Positions 1 through 9,286 of a DNA stretch of 64,000 bases are shown here, piece after piece (the first letter of the stretch is position 1; each line of letters starts with the position of its first letter). The position numbers were made by a program, and so were the translations under genes. Source of the DNA: a virus; the IMG/VR virus record IMGVR_UViG_3300025000_000083, positions 8,211-72,210 of that record; one strand, given 5' to 3'. Below the pieces are notes generated by a model. That model was not told the DNA's origin. It searched no databases and saw only the letters and a list, made by a program, of their open reading frames with translations.

Positions 1-2
1 AC

Positions 3-197
3 TCCCTGGTTGAAATAGTCACAGACAGAGATATATTTCACCTCACACCTGAATATCTGGTGGCTGCAGTTGCATTCTTTCAGAAGTATAATGAGATGGG
101 CAGTGATGTTGTACGCTTCAAAAATATGTTCCAGGTAACAATCCCGGACAGATTCAGGGATGCTCAGATGAACGCTAAAATCGGTCTTAAAATTTGA
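3..197 (+). CDS. 3' end of hypothetical protein (truncated by window edge)
   Basis: Open frame from base 3 to TGA at 195-197, read manually. Confidence 0.5.
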   Translation, partial: SLVEIVTDRDIFHLTPEYLVAAVAFFQKYNEMGSDVVRFKNMFQVTIPDRFRDAQMNAKIGLKI

Positions 198-212
198 ATT
201 TCAAATAATGCT

Positions 213-220
213 TATCTTTG
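213..220 (+). promoter_or_regulatory. Bacteroidota sigma-A type -7 element (TAnnTTTG)
   Basis: TATCTTTG just upstream of ORF 225; TTTG at 193-196. Confidence 0.5.
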
Positions 221-224
221 CATA

Positions 225-647
225 ATGAACGTACAGCGAGACACCGAAATAAAGCCATTAAACCGGATGAAGATCATCTTTAATAATGATGAGGCTATTC
301 TGGACTTCCTGGCAGAACTTAAATGCCGTGATGTGGTCAGGGTATTGGATGCGCTCATACGTGACGCCAGTAACTCCGGTATGCTTCTGTATAATGCCCA
401 TGAGGATAGTCTAATTGTCCTCATCCTCTACCGTGACCCCTTTGGCTTCAATGAACCGGGCAATACTCTGGTCATGTACGCAAACAGATCACTTCAGGAG
501 ATGGCTAGGTATTTCAGGAACATGCTGGATCGTACATCCCCTGAGATTGGAGATATTTATAATGCTATTGATGACATCACCCGCCTTCTTTATTGGAGAT
601 GGTGTGAGTCTCAGGATAATGAGGCTCAGGTAAACTATCTGGGCTGA
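225..647 (+). CDS. hypothetical protein
   Basis: 140-aa ORF between promoter motif and terminator. Confidence 0.65.
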   Translation: MNVQRDTEIKPLNRMKIIFNNDEAILDFLAELKCRDVVRVLDALIRDASNSGMLLYNAHEDSLIVLILYRDPFGFNEPGNTLVMYANRSLQEMARYFRNMLDRTSPEIGDIYNAIDDITRLLYWRWCESQDNEAQVNYLG

Positions 648-654
648 TAGGGTT

Positions 655-692
655 GAGCTCCGGTTTGTGTGTTCCGGGGCTCTCCTTTTTTT
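655..692 (+). terminator. intrinsic terminator
   Basis: GAGCTCCGG...CCGGGGCTC hairpin followed by T-run. Confidence 0.6.
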
Positions 693-722
693 GAACTAAA
701 CACTGTAACCAAATTAAGAACA

Positions 723-1145
723 ATGAGATTTATGACAATAACTTTAATAATCAGCTTGTTTTGTGCCCTTCTGACGGCTCCTCCATCTCCGGCTATGGTG
801 ATGTTCGCACCACCGGAGATAAAGCCTTATGAGGCACTATGGAACGCTACATGTGCTGTGGAAAGCAACTTTAATCCCTATGCAATTGGGGATAAGCACA
901 TGAAAAGATGGTCATACGGCATTGTGCAAATCCGCAAGTCCCGATTGGATGACTATTACAGGCAGACAGGGATCAGGTACACTGTTACTGATATGTTTGA
1001 CACTGATAAATCAAAAGAGGTGTTTATGTACTACTGCACCGGAACTGATTTAGAGCGCATCAGCAGGGAATGGAACGGTGGCAATAGAGGCATGCAGAAG
1101 AAATCAACTAAAAATTACTGGAAACAAATACAAAAACGCTTATGA
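723..1145 (+). CDS. lysozyme-like / SLT transglycosylase with N-terminal signal or TM segment
   Basis: AVESNFNPYAIGD (catalytic Glu) and SYGIVQI motifs, WNGG; ATG at 723 preferred to GTG 669, which lies in the terminator. Confidence 0.75.
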   Translation: MRFMTITLIISLFCALLTAPPSPAMVMFAPPEIKPYEALWNATCAVESNFNPYAIGDKHMKRWSYGIVQIRKSRLDDYYRQTGIRYTVTDMFDTDKSKEVFMYYCTGTDLERISREWNGGNRGMQKKSTKNYWKQIQKRL

Positions 1146-1203
1146 AAAAACACACTGAACCTATTCAAGACCCTGATCCAGCCGATGGCTTAAAAGCCGT
1201 GGG

Positions 1204-1446
1204 ATGTCTATTTGCAGGAGTAATCATCCTGTTGATACTATTTGGTATTTTAAGTTTCTTAATCAATCACTTCAGACCATGAGAAGAATCCTTCTGATCA
1301 TTCTATTCAGCATCTTTACTGTAATTAACATCTACCTCACTGCAACATCAGAAATAGTTGCGATGGCCTTTGTATATGTCATGGCTACCCTCGCCAGTGG
1401 CTTCCTCTGTACATACTTTGCACTTAATAAAAACGAATGGCAATGA
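1204..1446 (+). CDS. small membrane protein
   Basis: Two hydrophobic segments; real start may be MRRILL. Confidence 0.55.
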   Translation: MSICRSNHPVDTIWYFKFLNQSLQTMRRILLIILFSIFTVINIYLTATSEIVAMAFVYVMATLASGFLCTYFALNKNEWQ

Positions 1447-1694
1447 GTCACTACACACCACGTCAAAAAAGGATTATTCCCTCATCAAAGGCTACTAAGC
1501 TGGTAAGGATTGACTTCAGAACTCAGGTAGAGGTGTCTGTGAACATCCCGGATGAACAGGCAAGGGAAAGGTACTATGCACGTCATAACATCATCCCTGT
1601 GCCGGAGAACCTTGATCTGTACCCACTGACTATTGCTGACTGCTTCAAAGAGATACCATCCGGGAGTCTGGAACTCTTCCTGAGTGTAGAATGA
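1437..1694 (+). CDS. hypothetical protein
   Basis: 85-aa ORF overlapping upstream stop. Confidence 0.55.
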   Translation: MAMSHYTPRQKRIIPSSKATKLVRIDFRTQVEVSVNIPDEQARERYYARHNIIPVPENLDLYPLTIADCFKEIPSGSLELFLSVE

Positions 1695-1964
1695 TGGGTG
1701 ATCTTCAATATCTGAATATAGATGTGTATGTGCCTCCGGAGGAAATTCACCAGGAATGCCCGTTAGCTTTGAATAATCAACGGTATTGATAAGATTGATA
1801 TTTCCGACTTGTCCTGTGAGTATAGTGCCTGAAACGCTTCCTATGATGCCAAATTCGCTAAGTTTTGCTACAATGAATGAGTCGGTGGTTCCCGGGTAGA
1901 GTCTGACCAACTCCCCGTCTGTGACTTTTCTTCCGGTGCGATTCTGCAGTCTTACTTGTGGCAT
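1485..1964 (-). CDS. putative virion decoration/fibre-like protein
   Basis: FPPEAHTHLYSDI (HxH fibre-type motif); own TATATTTG promoter at 1982-1989. Confidence 0.5.
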   Translation of the reverse strand: MPQVRLQNRTGRKVTDGELVRLYPGTTDSFIVAKLSEFGIIGSVSGTILTGQVGNINLINTVDYSKLTGIPGEFPPEAHTHLYSDIEDHPSFYTQEEFQTPGWYLFEAVSNSQWVQIKVLRHRDDVMTCIVPFPCLFIRDVHRHLYLSSEVNPYQLSSL

Positions 1965-1981
1965 GGAAGTAATTTATTATG

Positions 1982-1989
1982 CAAATATA
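1982..1989 (-). promoter_or_regulatory. TAnnTTTG promoter element
   Basis: TATATTTG on - strand just upstream of ATG 1964. Confidence 0.5.
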
Positions 1990-2004
1990 AACTAATTTCT
2001 GAAA

Positions 2005-2039
2005 TAAAAAGAGAGCCTGCCATTTCTGACAAACTCTCT
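2005..2039 (-). terminator. intrinsic terminator ending the long leftward transcript
   Basis: AGAGAG...CTCTCT stem plus T-run on - strand. Confidence 0.6.
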
Positions 2040-2062
2040 GGACTTATGAAAACACTTCAACT

Positions 2063-2536
2063 CTACTTGAAGCCATCCCAAAATTCACGATTCAACTTGC
2101 CAACTATTCTTTCCTGATCCTCCAAAGTGTATGTATAGTTCAAGGACATCCCACGTGTGCTCGGAAAATGTTTCTTGTAAAGCACCTTCAATTCCTCTTC
2201 CAATTCCTTAACCGCATCCCATCTGGCTGTCTCTTTACCTCTGCTCTTTTCTTCTATCTCCAAGGAATAGTGGATTAAACTTTCAGGTGTGCATTGATCA
2301 TAAAGTGCTCTCTCTGCAGGTGTCACGAGAATGATATTTGCATATAGGAATCGAAAGTACGGAGACTGCTTAACCGGAAGCACATGGAGAAAACAATTAT
2401 TCCATAGCGGGGTGTTGACATAGCTACGCAACCACAAGCCTGTCACAAAGGATTTCTTCGGCATCCCATCCCAAAGAATCTTGAATATCATCTGCATCGC
2501 CACTTCAGAGGCTCTTGGTGAAGCTATGTAGTTCAT
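2063..2536 (-). CDS. degenerate HNH/NinG-like protein, paralogue of 5592-6119
   Basis: FLHVLPVKQSPYFRFLYANIILV aligns with FSHILNKKNYTYFRLNPVNIMIV. Confidence 0.55.
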   Translation of the reverse strand: MNYIASPRASEVAMQMIFKILWDGMPKKSFVTGLWLRSYVNTPLWNNCFLHVLPVKQSPYFRFLYANIILVTPAERALYDQCTPESLIHYSLEIEEKSRGKETARWDAVKELEEELKVLYKKHFPSTRGMSLNYTYTLEDQERIVGKLNREFWDGFK

Positions 2537-2757
2537 TTGTCTTTGATTTCAGTTAACCCCTTCTGTCTGTCCCTTGCCCACTTAGCACCTTGTCTTCTGC
2601 AAGTTTGATCATGGGTCTCATGATGAAAATTAATTGGATATTGTTTCTCTATCTCCTCATCTGTCAGCTCTGATCTCTGGCTGGCATCCGATTCAAGGAT
2701 ATATTTGCCTTTTACATCAATCTCCATTCCGTGTCTCGTCCAATTATACTTTTTCAT
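2533..2757 (-). CDS. hypothetical protein
   Basis: 74 aa, coupled overlaps on both sides. Confidence 0.6.
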   Translation of the reverse strand: MKKYNWTRHGMEIDVKGKYILESDASQRSELTDEEIEKQYPINFHHETHDQTCRRQGAKWARDRQKGLTEIKDK

Positions 2758-3191
2758 TTATTTAATTTTTCTTGTTTTAAAAAATTATCTCTTATCTCAA
2801 CAGCATCTTCATACGTTTTTGCAGGAAAACTATATGTATTAGGTCTTCTGGTTATTGAAACACGATATGTAGAACAATTATTTCTTTTCTGGATACAAAC
2901 ACTATCACGATGTCTTCTATTTATCTGATTTTCGCTACGTGTAACGAATCTGCAATTATTAGGTTCATAATTTCCGTCATTATTTATCCTGTCTATTTGC
3001 AATGTCTCATTAAATCCATTATGATCAGCCCAGTCTTTAAATATCATAAAATCATTCCACTTATTACAAACTGAAATACCCCTACCTCCATAATTTTTAT
3101 ACGATTTACAGATTGGTTTTTTACATCTATCCAGCATTCCTCTCCAAACATAATAAAGTTTGGTTTTTGATAATCCGTGTTTTCTTTTCAT
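2754..3191 (-). CDS. HNH-type homing endonuclease-like protein
   Basis: WRGMLDRC..YKNYGGRGISVC..IDRINNDGNYEPNNCRF. Confidence 0.8.
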   Translation of the reverse strand: MKRKHGLSKTKLYYVWRGMLDRCKKPICKSYKNYGGRGISVCNKWNDFMIFKDWADHNGFNETLQIDRINNDGNYEPNNCRFVTRSENQINRRHRDSVCIQKRNNCSTYRVSITRRPNTYSFPAKTYEDAVEIRDNFLKQEKLNK

Positions 3192-3208
3192 AGTTGTAGG
3201 TTTAGTTG

Positions 3209-3382
3209 TTATTCAGTTTCATCATCAAAATCATCATCCACATCAGGATTAAGGAGATTAACTTTTTCTGTAAGTTCATTAATCTTATCAATAAGTTGAT
3301 TGATTACTCCGGCCAATTCATGAGCATCAGTATAATTTGCTGCATCATGTAATCTAAAATCTAATTTTTCAATCTTTTTCAT
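3209..3382 (-). CDS. small acidic hypothetical protein (57 aa)
   Basis: Manual read: MKKIEKLDFRLHD...DDDFDDETE*. Confidence 0.5.
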   Translation of the reverse strand: MKKIEKLDFRLHDAANYTDAHELAGVINQLIDKINELTEKVNLLNPDVDDDFDDETE

Positions 3383-3390
3383 ATCTCTGT

Positions 3391-3570
3391 TTATTGGTTA
3401 CTCTTATCCTCAAAATAGTCATCCTTTACGTACTTTCGTGGAATAGTAATTTTTTCATCTTCATCTATCCATCCGGTTCCATTACAGTATTTACATGGTA
3501 CAGGCACGGCGTAATATCCATTCCAATCAACATACAATCCACTTGATGAACAATGTTTGCAGTTTTTCAT
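3391..3570 (-). CDS. small Zn-finger protein (59 aa)
   Basis: Manual read: MKNCKHC...CKYCNGTG; overlaps upstream stop. Confidence 0.55.
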   Translation of the reverse strand: MKNCKHCSSSGLYVDWNGYYAVPVPCKYCNGTGWIDEDEKITIPRKYVKDDYFEDKSNQ

Positions 3571-4532
3571 AGCTTACTCTTATCCTTCAACTTTAATAGC
3601 TCTGATTCAAAATAAATCCAATTAAACCTTTCAAGTTTATTTCTTATTTCCATAATATTACAGTTATCTTGTTCTCCTCCAAAACCCCAAACAATAAACA
3701 ATCCTTTTCTTTTTGGGATTTTAAATACATTATGAACTTCTAATCTATGTCCTGCATTCAATCTTAACCAACATCCTTCTTTATTTGGAAAATTTGTGAA
3801 CTTTTCAGTCTTTTTTTGCTTCTCTATAATGGCTTTGTCGGTCGGGCAGGTAGCATAGTGTAACATCATTTTATGACATTTCCTATACCAATTAATTATT
3901 TCACCTTTTGACATTTTATCATATTCGGCATCAGAAAAATCAAATATAGGAATAGAATTTGCAAGTTTTTCCTCTGCGCTTGTCTGAGGCTCTTGGCTTA
4001 TCGGAATTTTAACACCACTATTGCCGAAAAAGGGAGTATTGATATTAGGCTCTTGACTCGGTGGTTTACTTTTACCATTGACAATATCCATTAACTGTTC
4101 GTGTGTAATTCTGCCTTGATATTCCATACAAACGGGATTATCACAATTACATCCCTCTCCATGACATCTATGTTCGAATGGTTTTCTAACATTACAACCA
4201 TCGCAAATTACTATTTTCTCTCTCTGTCCGGTATCAGAGTAAAGTTCAGAGGCGATATCTTCTATTCTTGTATTATCAATATAACCATCCAAATAATCAT
4301 GCAGAACTTCAATAACCTTTTCCCTGCTGAGTTCTGGCTGAGAAATAGGAAGTAAGTACCAGTCAACAGCATCCCTCCAGATTCTATAACCTATTTTATC
4401 ATCTTTTTCAAATGACCTGTCTCCTATGTATTTTCTATCTTTATCCATACAAAAATACATTCCATTTCCTTTCGGCAAATCCGCTTCACTGCGAATGTAA
4501 ACCCGTTTGTAATATATTTCTTCGTCTTTCAT
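3567..4532 (-). CDS. mosaic hypothetical protein with Cys-rich segment
   Basis: 321-aa ORF containing CDGC..HRC..CNC..C. Confidence 0.6.
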   Translation of the reverse strand: MKDEEIYYKRVYIRSEADLPKGNGMYFCMDKDRKYIGDRSFEKDDKIGYRIWRDAVDWYLLPISQPELSREKVIEVLHDYLDGYIDNTRIEDIASELYSDTGQREKIVICDGCNVRKPFEHRCHGEGCNCDNPVCMEYQGRITHEQLMDIVNGKSKPPSQEPNINTPFFGNSGVKIPISQEPQTSAEEKLANSIPIFDFSDAEYDKMSKGEIINWYRKCHKMMLHYATCPTDKAIIEKQKKTEKFTNFPNKEGCWLRLNAGHRLEVHNVFKIPKRKGLFIVWGFGGEQDNCNIMEIRNKLERFNWIYFESELLKLKDKSKL

Positions 4533-4536
4533 AGTC

Positions 4537-4941
4537 CTATTTGTTAGTGATTTTCATAAGTACCTCAAAATTTATAATGTCTAATATGCCTGTATTGTCA
4601 GGATGCGGATCATGTACGATTCCATTTTTCCAGACAACAGCATGATTAAATCTTTCTTCATTGCTTCTTGGACTTTTACCCACTGCAATAACATAACCAT
4701 CAATACTATAATCTAATAAATTATACTCTTTTGTTTCTGCAATGTTTATTGATCCCCACTCATAACCATATCCTTTAAGTACATTAAACACTTTTGGGTA
4801 ATATTGATCAAATGGCTCATTAACGTCCCATTCTGGAAAAACATCAATTTCTAATTCAAGTATTGAAGCCATACAAGCACGCCAACAATCTCCATTTTGT
4901 TTACCTTCAATATAAATGTACTTTTGATTTACTGCTTTCAT
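4537..4941 (-). CDS. putative papain-like (C39-like) peptidase-fold protein
   Basis: GDCWRAC ... HAVV ... HDPHP (Cys-His-Asp arrangement). Confidence 0.5.
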   Translation of the reverse strand: MKAVNQKYIYIEGKQNGDCWRACMASILELEIDVFPEWDVNEPFDQYYPKVFNVLKGYGYEWGSINIAETKEYNLLDYSIDGYVIAVGKSPRSNEERFNHAVVWKNGIVHDPHPDNTGILDIINFEVLMKITNK

Positions 4942-4969
4942 CTTATTTTATTTTATTGTCTCTGAGTGC

Positions 4970-5431
4970 CTATAAATTTCGTATCTGTGAATAACTCATC
5001 TTTTTTACAAGCTTTGACTTCCAATTCCAATGATCAAAAAGCTCATCAATAGTAAATGCCCTAACACCTCCATCCTGATCAATATAAAATTCAGTATATG
5101 AGTTATTATGATCATATCCTTTTTCAATCATCCATTCTTTAAAACCTTTGATATGAAGTTTTGATTCTATCATATCATTGATTGCTTTCTCAATTTCATC
5201 CGTCACAACCTTACTTCTCTTAACTAAGTCAAGATACCATTTTGCAATAGTTTCTTTATCATGTGTCATTAATGATTCTAAGTCTTCATCTTTACTGTCG
5301 GGAAGGGATTTCAATAGCTCATTACAAACCATCAAAGCACCCTGAGCTTCAATATAATGCTCATTTGGATAGTCCCATTCTGCAAGTTGCTTTTCTGCTC
5401 TTGCTTTAATTTCAAGGATTTTGGCTTTCAT
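4970..5431 (-). CDS. hypothetical protein
   Basis: 153-aa ORF in gene-dense run. Confidence 0.6.
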   Translation of the reverse strand: MKAKILEIKARAEKQLAEWDYPNEHYIEAQGALMVCNELLKSLPDSKDEDLESLMTHDKETIAKWYLDLVKRSKVVTDEIEKAINDMIESKLHIKGFKEWMIEKGYDHNNSYTEFYIDQDGGVRAFTIDELFDHWNWKSKLVKKMSYSQIRNL

Positions 5432-5591
5432 TTGGTTAAAAATTAAGGTTATCGTAATAAATATCCAACATTATATCATCGTGATACTTGAATGCCCTCC
5501 ATGTCTGATAAATGATATATGGCATTATCAAAATACATCCGATGATTTTTAAGATAGTCAGTAGCTTTTCCATTGTTATGTTTTAATTGGT

Positions 5592-6119
5592 TCATGCAAG
5601 GTGATTCTCAATCTTAAACTTCCGGTATTGCTCCTTCATGTCAATGACAAGTGCGTCCCATGCGTCAAACTTCCATCCTGGATGCCTTTTTCTATCATCT
5701 GTGCTACCCTGATCCACAATTCTATGAAATGTAGGATGAACAATCATAATATTTACAGGATTAAGCCGGAAATACGTGTAGTTCTTTTTGTTCAAGATAT
5801 GTGAAAATACATTCCAGAAATACGGTGTCCCCTTAAATCTGTCAAGTTTCTCTCCCGTAAACGGGCAAATGATACCCTTGCCTGACACATAACGGTCATG
5901 CCACAAGTCCAGAAACATCTCCATCTGGTTTGTGTAGCCAAAACTCTTCTCTATCGGTATTTTCTCTGCTTCCATCTTCTTCTGTGGTGTGAATCGCTTC
6001 TCCTTGGACTCTTTTTGTTTTCTGAGATACTTTTCATCAGTCCTTTGTCTTTGGTGTGATTGACAAAAACCATGGCTGAACACCGGACGAAAACATCCTG
6101 ATGCTCTACAAACCTTCAT
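5592..6119 (-). CDS. Zn-finger plus HNH/NinG-like nuclease
   Basis: N-terminal C..C..C..H; SHIL...NI...H motif. Confidence 0.6.
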   Translation of the reverse strand: MKVCRASGCFRPVFSHGFCQSHQRQRTDEKYLRKQKESKEKRFTPQKKMEAEKIPIEKSFGYTNQMEMFLDLWHDRYVSGKGIICPFTGEKLDRFKGTPYFWNVFSHILNKKNYTYFRLNPVNIMIVHPTFHRIVDQGSTDDRKRHPGWKFDAWDALVIDMKEQYRKFKIENHLA

Positions 6120-6450
6120 TTCTCAGGGTGTGTATTATTTCTGAGATAAAATTTCCTGCACCTATTCCAGTAAACGCCCCTATAACTGCAATCATCCACG
6201 GTGGAGTGAAGTACATGATGTACCATACTTCAAGCAAAAATACAATCCATATTGATAAACAAAAGGAACATCTTAATAAGAATATCCACACGGAGTCGGT
6301 TGTGTACTCAATGAGATGCTTATTATTCTGTATCTCCATCCATTTGCCCAACTTGCGAAATATCATGTTCTTGCGGGTAATTCTTGTCCACAGTCCGGCA
6401 ATGAAGCCACCTGCTATCCCCAAGAGTATCATAAACTGTAAATCTTTCAT
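6106..6450 (-). CDS. membrane protein, DUF1360-like
   Basis: Three hydrophobic segments and LLRCSFCLSIW motif. Confidence 0.55.
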   Translation of the reverse strand: MKDLQFMILLGIAGGFIAGLWTRITRKNMIFRKLGKWMEIQNNKHLIEYTTDSVWIFLLRCSFCLSIWIVFLLEVWYIMYFTPPWMIAVIGAFTGIGAGNFISEIIHTLRNEGL

Positions 6451-6565
6451 GTTTTTGTTTTTAAGGTTAAATTTATATTAAAAAAGAGGCACTTTCCGTC
6501 TCGGCAGTAATCCTCTTTCTATCTTTTGTCCAGTAATGACAAGAAGTGTTACTGCAAATGTATGA

Positions 6566-7231
6566 TTATTTAATGTCATTGAGTTTGTATTCTGTAAGAT
6601 TATTTGCGATAATGTAATTATTCCGGGCAATTGCGGCTTCCTTAGGGGTCCTATGACACCCAAGATATATCTCTTTTTTATTCACACAAATACCCGCTTG
6701 CCAATGATTTAGGGTATTAGGGGAGAAGCAAATTCCTGTATATCCTGACGTATTTGTTCTTCTCATCTTGGTATTAGTCCCCTGTATATGCCTTGTAGCA
6801 TATCGTAAATTTCCCGGTTCATAATTACCTTCAGAGTCTATTCGGTCAATTGTGTAGCCTTCTTCACGATGATGAGGTAACTTATAGATATATGATATAA
6901 ACGCTTCCACGTCATTAAACCATTCATCACATAAGCGAATCCCCTTTCCTCCATAAAATTTATACTTTGGATTTTTTGGATTACATGTTCTTTCTTTTAT
7001 ATTCTGCCACACCTTAAAGTCTTTAAATTCACGCAATTCATGTATCCGATGAGAATCTCCTGCTCTTTTTCTCTGGTAGCAACCACAAGACATTGTATTG
7101 CCTCTTTTTACATTTATTATACTTGCTTTAAAATGAGACTTGCAAAAAGGGCATTCAAAAATTGCGTTGTGTTGCGGTTGTTTACTTGTAGGTGTTGCAT
7201 ACTGATGTCCTAAATCTTCAATCATTTTCAT
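6566..7231 (-). CDS. HNH/AP2 homing endonuclease-like protein
   Basis: SCGC, YGGKGI, IDRIDSEGNYEPGN, AP2-like NTSGYTGI..YLG..EAA.ARN; start at MKMIEDLG, upstream sequence is an RNA leader. Confidence 0.85.
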   Translation of the reverse strand: MKMIEDLGHQYATPTSKQPQHNAIFECPFCKSHFKASIINVKRGNTMSCGCYQRKRAGDSHRIHELREFKDFKVWQNIKERTCNPKNPKYKFYGGKGIRLCDEWFNDVEAFISYIYKLPHHREEGYTIDRIDSEGNYEPGNLRYATRHIQGTNTKMRRTNTSGYTGICFSPNTLNHWQAGICVNKKEIYLGCHRTPKEAAIARNNYIIANNLTEYKLNDIK

Positions 7232-7361
7232 GGCAGTAAATATAAGGGCTCCGCAAGCAGAAGGACTATCAACAACACCCGAAGGAGTAATTGCATCTGC
7301 TATTGGAGCCGTTAGTATTTCTTTTGATTGCATGATGTTGTTAATAGTCAATACAAAGATA
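7232..7361 (-). promoter_or_regulatory. promoter plus structured leader (type A) of endonuclease gene
   Basis: TATCTTTG 7354-7361; 7334-7349 complementary to 7264-7279; GGCTCC/GGAGCC stem. Confidence 0.6.
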
Positions 7362-7365
7362 TAAA

Positions 7366-8994
7366 TTAATTTGTATTTAGCAAACTATTAATTTCCGAAA
7401 CCGTTGCATACTTACAAAACGTCTCTTTGTCTTTGTACTTTTCAAGCAACCCTAACTTCTCAGCTAAGATTAAATACCTTGGAGAAGTTATCTGCGGGTC
7501 GATCCCGACCATTTTATTATATAACGTCTTTGTAAGAGCAAAGTCTCGTTCAGAATCTTTGTCATAATTAGGAACATCAAGTCTGTATTTATTCCCCTCT
7601 TCTGTTTTCTTTTCTTTCATTGGTGCATTGAGAAAATCATCAGCCTCCTTGTCCACATCTTTTGGCTTCTGGTCAAAAGACTTGTTTATGGGTATTTCTC
7701 CCTGCGCTGGTGTCGTTCCTTCTTTATTTTCCTCCTTTGGCATGTTAGCAGCCACATATTCTGCAAGTTTATTCTCCTGGTGTGCAAAGAATATCCCACG
7801 TAATTTCTTATTGGTGTTCTTGCCCCCGATGATTTCACAAGCCTCCATTGAATCCATATCATCCATGACCATCTTCTTCAATACCTCCGTATCCATATCC
7901 TCCAATTGCTTCATAGTGTACTTGCCCTCTCTTTCTTCCGGTGCATCATTCTCAGGATGAACATCCCTGATCACTGGTTCTCCATCCTTTGCCACAACCA
8001 CACCATCCATGTAAGCTACTGAACCTTTCTCTGCTTTGAAAGGGGATTCTTCTTTCGTCTCAGGTGAAACAATCACAGCATCCGTTACCTGTTGTCCTAC
8101 AAACTTATCAGGATTGATTTTATTCACTGCACGTGCCGTTCTGTCTTCTGATTTGGCAGCATCCGTTTTATTGATAACAATTTGTTTCCCATCTCCGGTG
8201 TTGATAACGTCCTTTTCTTCTGGCTTATGAGAATCCTCATTGTCCACGTAATCATAATCCTTTGCATCGACATCCCTTATCTCTGCCTGATCATAGACAA
8301 TGGCATTCATCATGTTGATGTCCACGGACAGGGGGGCATAGGTAGAGAGATTCAGCTTTAACACGGTCTTTTCACACATCTGCTCATAACCTCCTTCTTC
8401 CTTGTCTGCCCATTTTCCCTTGCCTCTCTGGAAGGACTTACTGTACCTCTTGGCGTGGGTGTCAAGTTTCTCAATGGGCATGTAGTAATACTTCTCAAAA
8501 CCATTAATGAGCCTGAAATACGACACGTAACCAATGATGTTATCAGACTTCTTGCCTGTCTCGTCAAAGATATACTCTCCGGTGAATTTGTTATGGCTTT
8601 TCATTTCTCCCTCATACACCTCAGATACATTGATGATCTTAAACAGACCCGTTCTCTGAGCCAACTGAATGAAGCCTTTCTTCATCACTTGGAACTGTGC
8701 TTTCATTGACTGTGATGGTCCGTCAAAATAAGGCACGATGCCTGCAAATCCAAGTCCGGGGGTAAGGGGTAAATCCATACTTGCAGCCATGAGTGCTGAT
8801 GATATGACACTCATGTGGTCGCACTTCTGTAACTCTGCGCTTCCACTCATTATTGTTGTGATATTACTCACAAACATAGGGGCTTTCTTCCCCAATGCCT
8901 CCTCAAACTTCTTCTTGATAACATCTTGACTTAATAGGTTTCTGAACTTCTGTAATGAGGATCCTTCTGTTTTTGCTAATTCATTGTTTTCCAT
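7366..8994 (-). CDS. recT: RecT-family single-strand annealing protein with long C-terminal extension
   Basis: LQKC..SV....AA..L......G.A.IVPY, AQFQ..KKG.IQLAQRTG, M..KTVLK. Confidence 0.85.
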   Translation of the reverse strand: MENNELAKTEGSSLQKFRNLLSQDVIKKKFEEALGKKAPMFVSNITTIMSGSAELQKCDHMSVISSALMAASMDLPLTPGLGFAGIVPYFDGPSQSMKAQFQVMKKGFIQLAQRTGLFKIINVSEVYEGEMKSHNKFTGEYIFDETGKKSDNIIGYVSYFRLINGFEKYYYMPIEKLDTHAKRYSKSFQRGKGKWADKEEGGYEQMCEKTVLKLNLSTYAPLSVDINMMNAIVYDQAEIRDVDAKDYDYVDNEDSHKPEEKDVINTGDGKQIVINKTDAAKSEDRTARAVNKINPDKFVGQQVTDAVIVSPETKEESPFKAEKGSVAYMDGVVVAKDGEPVIRDVHPENDAPEEREGKYTMKQLEDMDTEVLKKMVMDDMDSMEACEIIGGKNTNKKLRGIFFAHQENKLAEYVAANMPKEENKEGTTPAQGEIPINKSFDQKPKDVDKEADDFLNAPMKEKKTEEGNKYRLDVPNYDKDSERDFALTKTLYNKMVGIDPQITSPRYLILAEKLGLLEKYKDKETFCKYATVSEINSLLNTN

Positions 8995-9010
8995 GTCTGT
9001 AATTTTAAAT

Positions 9011-9286
9011 TTATGATTTACAATTTTTACTTTTCATCTCATCTGCTATTTGTTTTTGGGCTAATGACATCAGAAAGTCCTCACATGCCCTACTAAATTC
9101 TTTATACATTTTTGGACTCATATAAAGCTGAAACATCTTCGGAGGTTCTGGCTTATGACAAGCAAGATCAATAATGAAATCGGGAATTTCTTCATCATCA
9201 TTATATAAACTTAATAAAAGAGAATGAGTAATATAGCCCTCTTCCATTTTCTCCTGCATATACTTGATAACCTCTGCCTTTTTCAT
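9011..9286 (-). CDS. hypothetical protein
   Basis: 91 aa, coupled to upstream gene. Confidence 0.55.
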   Translation of the reverse strand: MKKAEVIKYMQEKMEEGYITHSLLLSLYNDDEEIPDFIIDLACHKPEPPKMFQLYMSPKMYKEFSRACEDFLMSLAQKQIADEMKSKNCKS

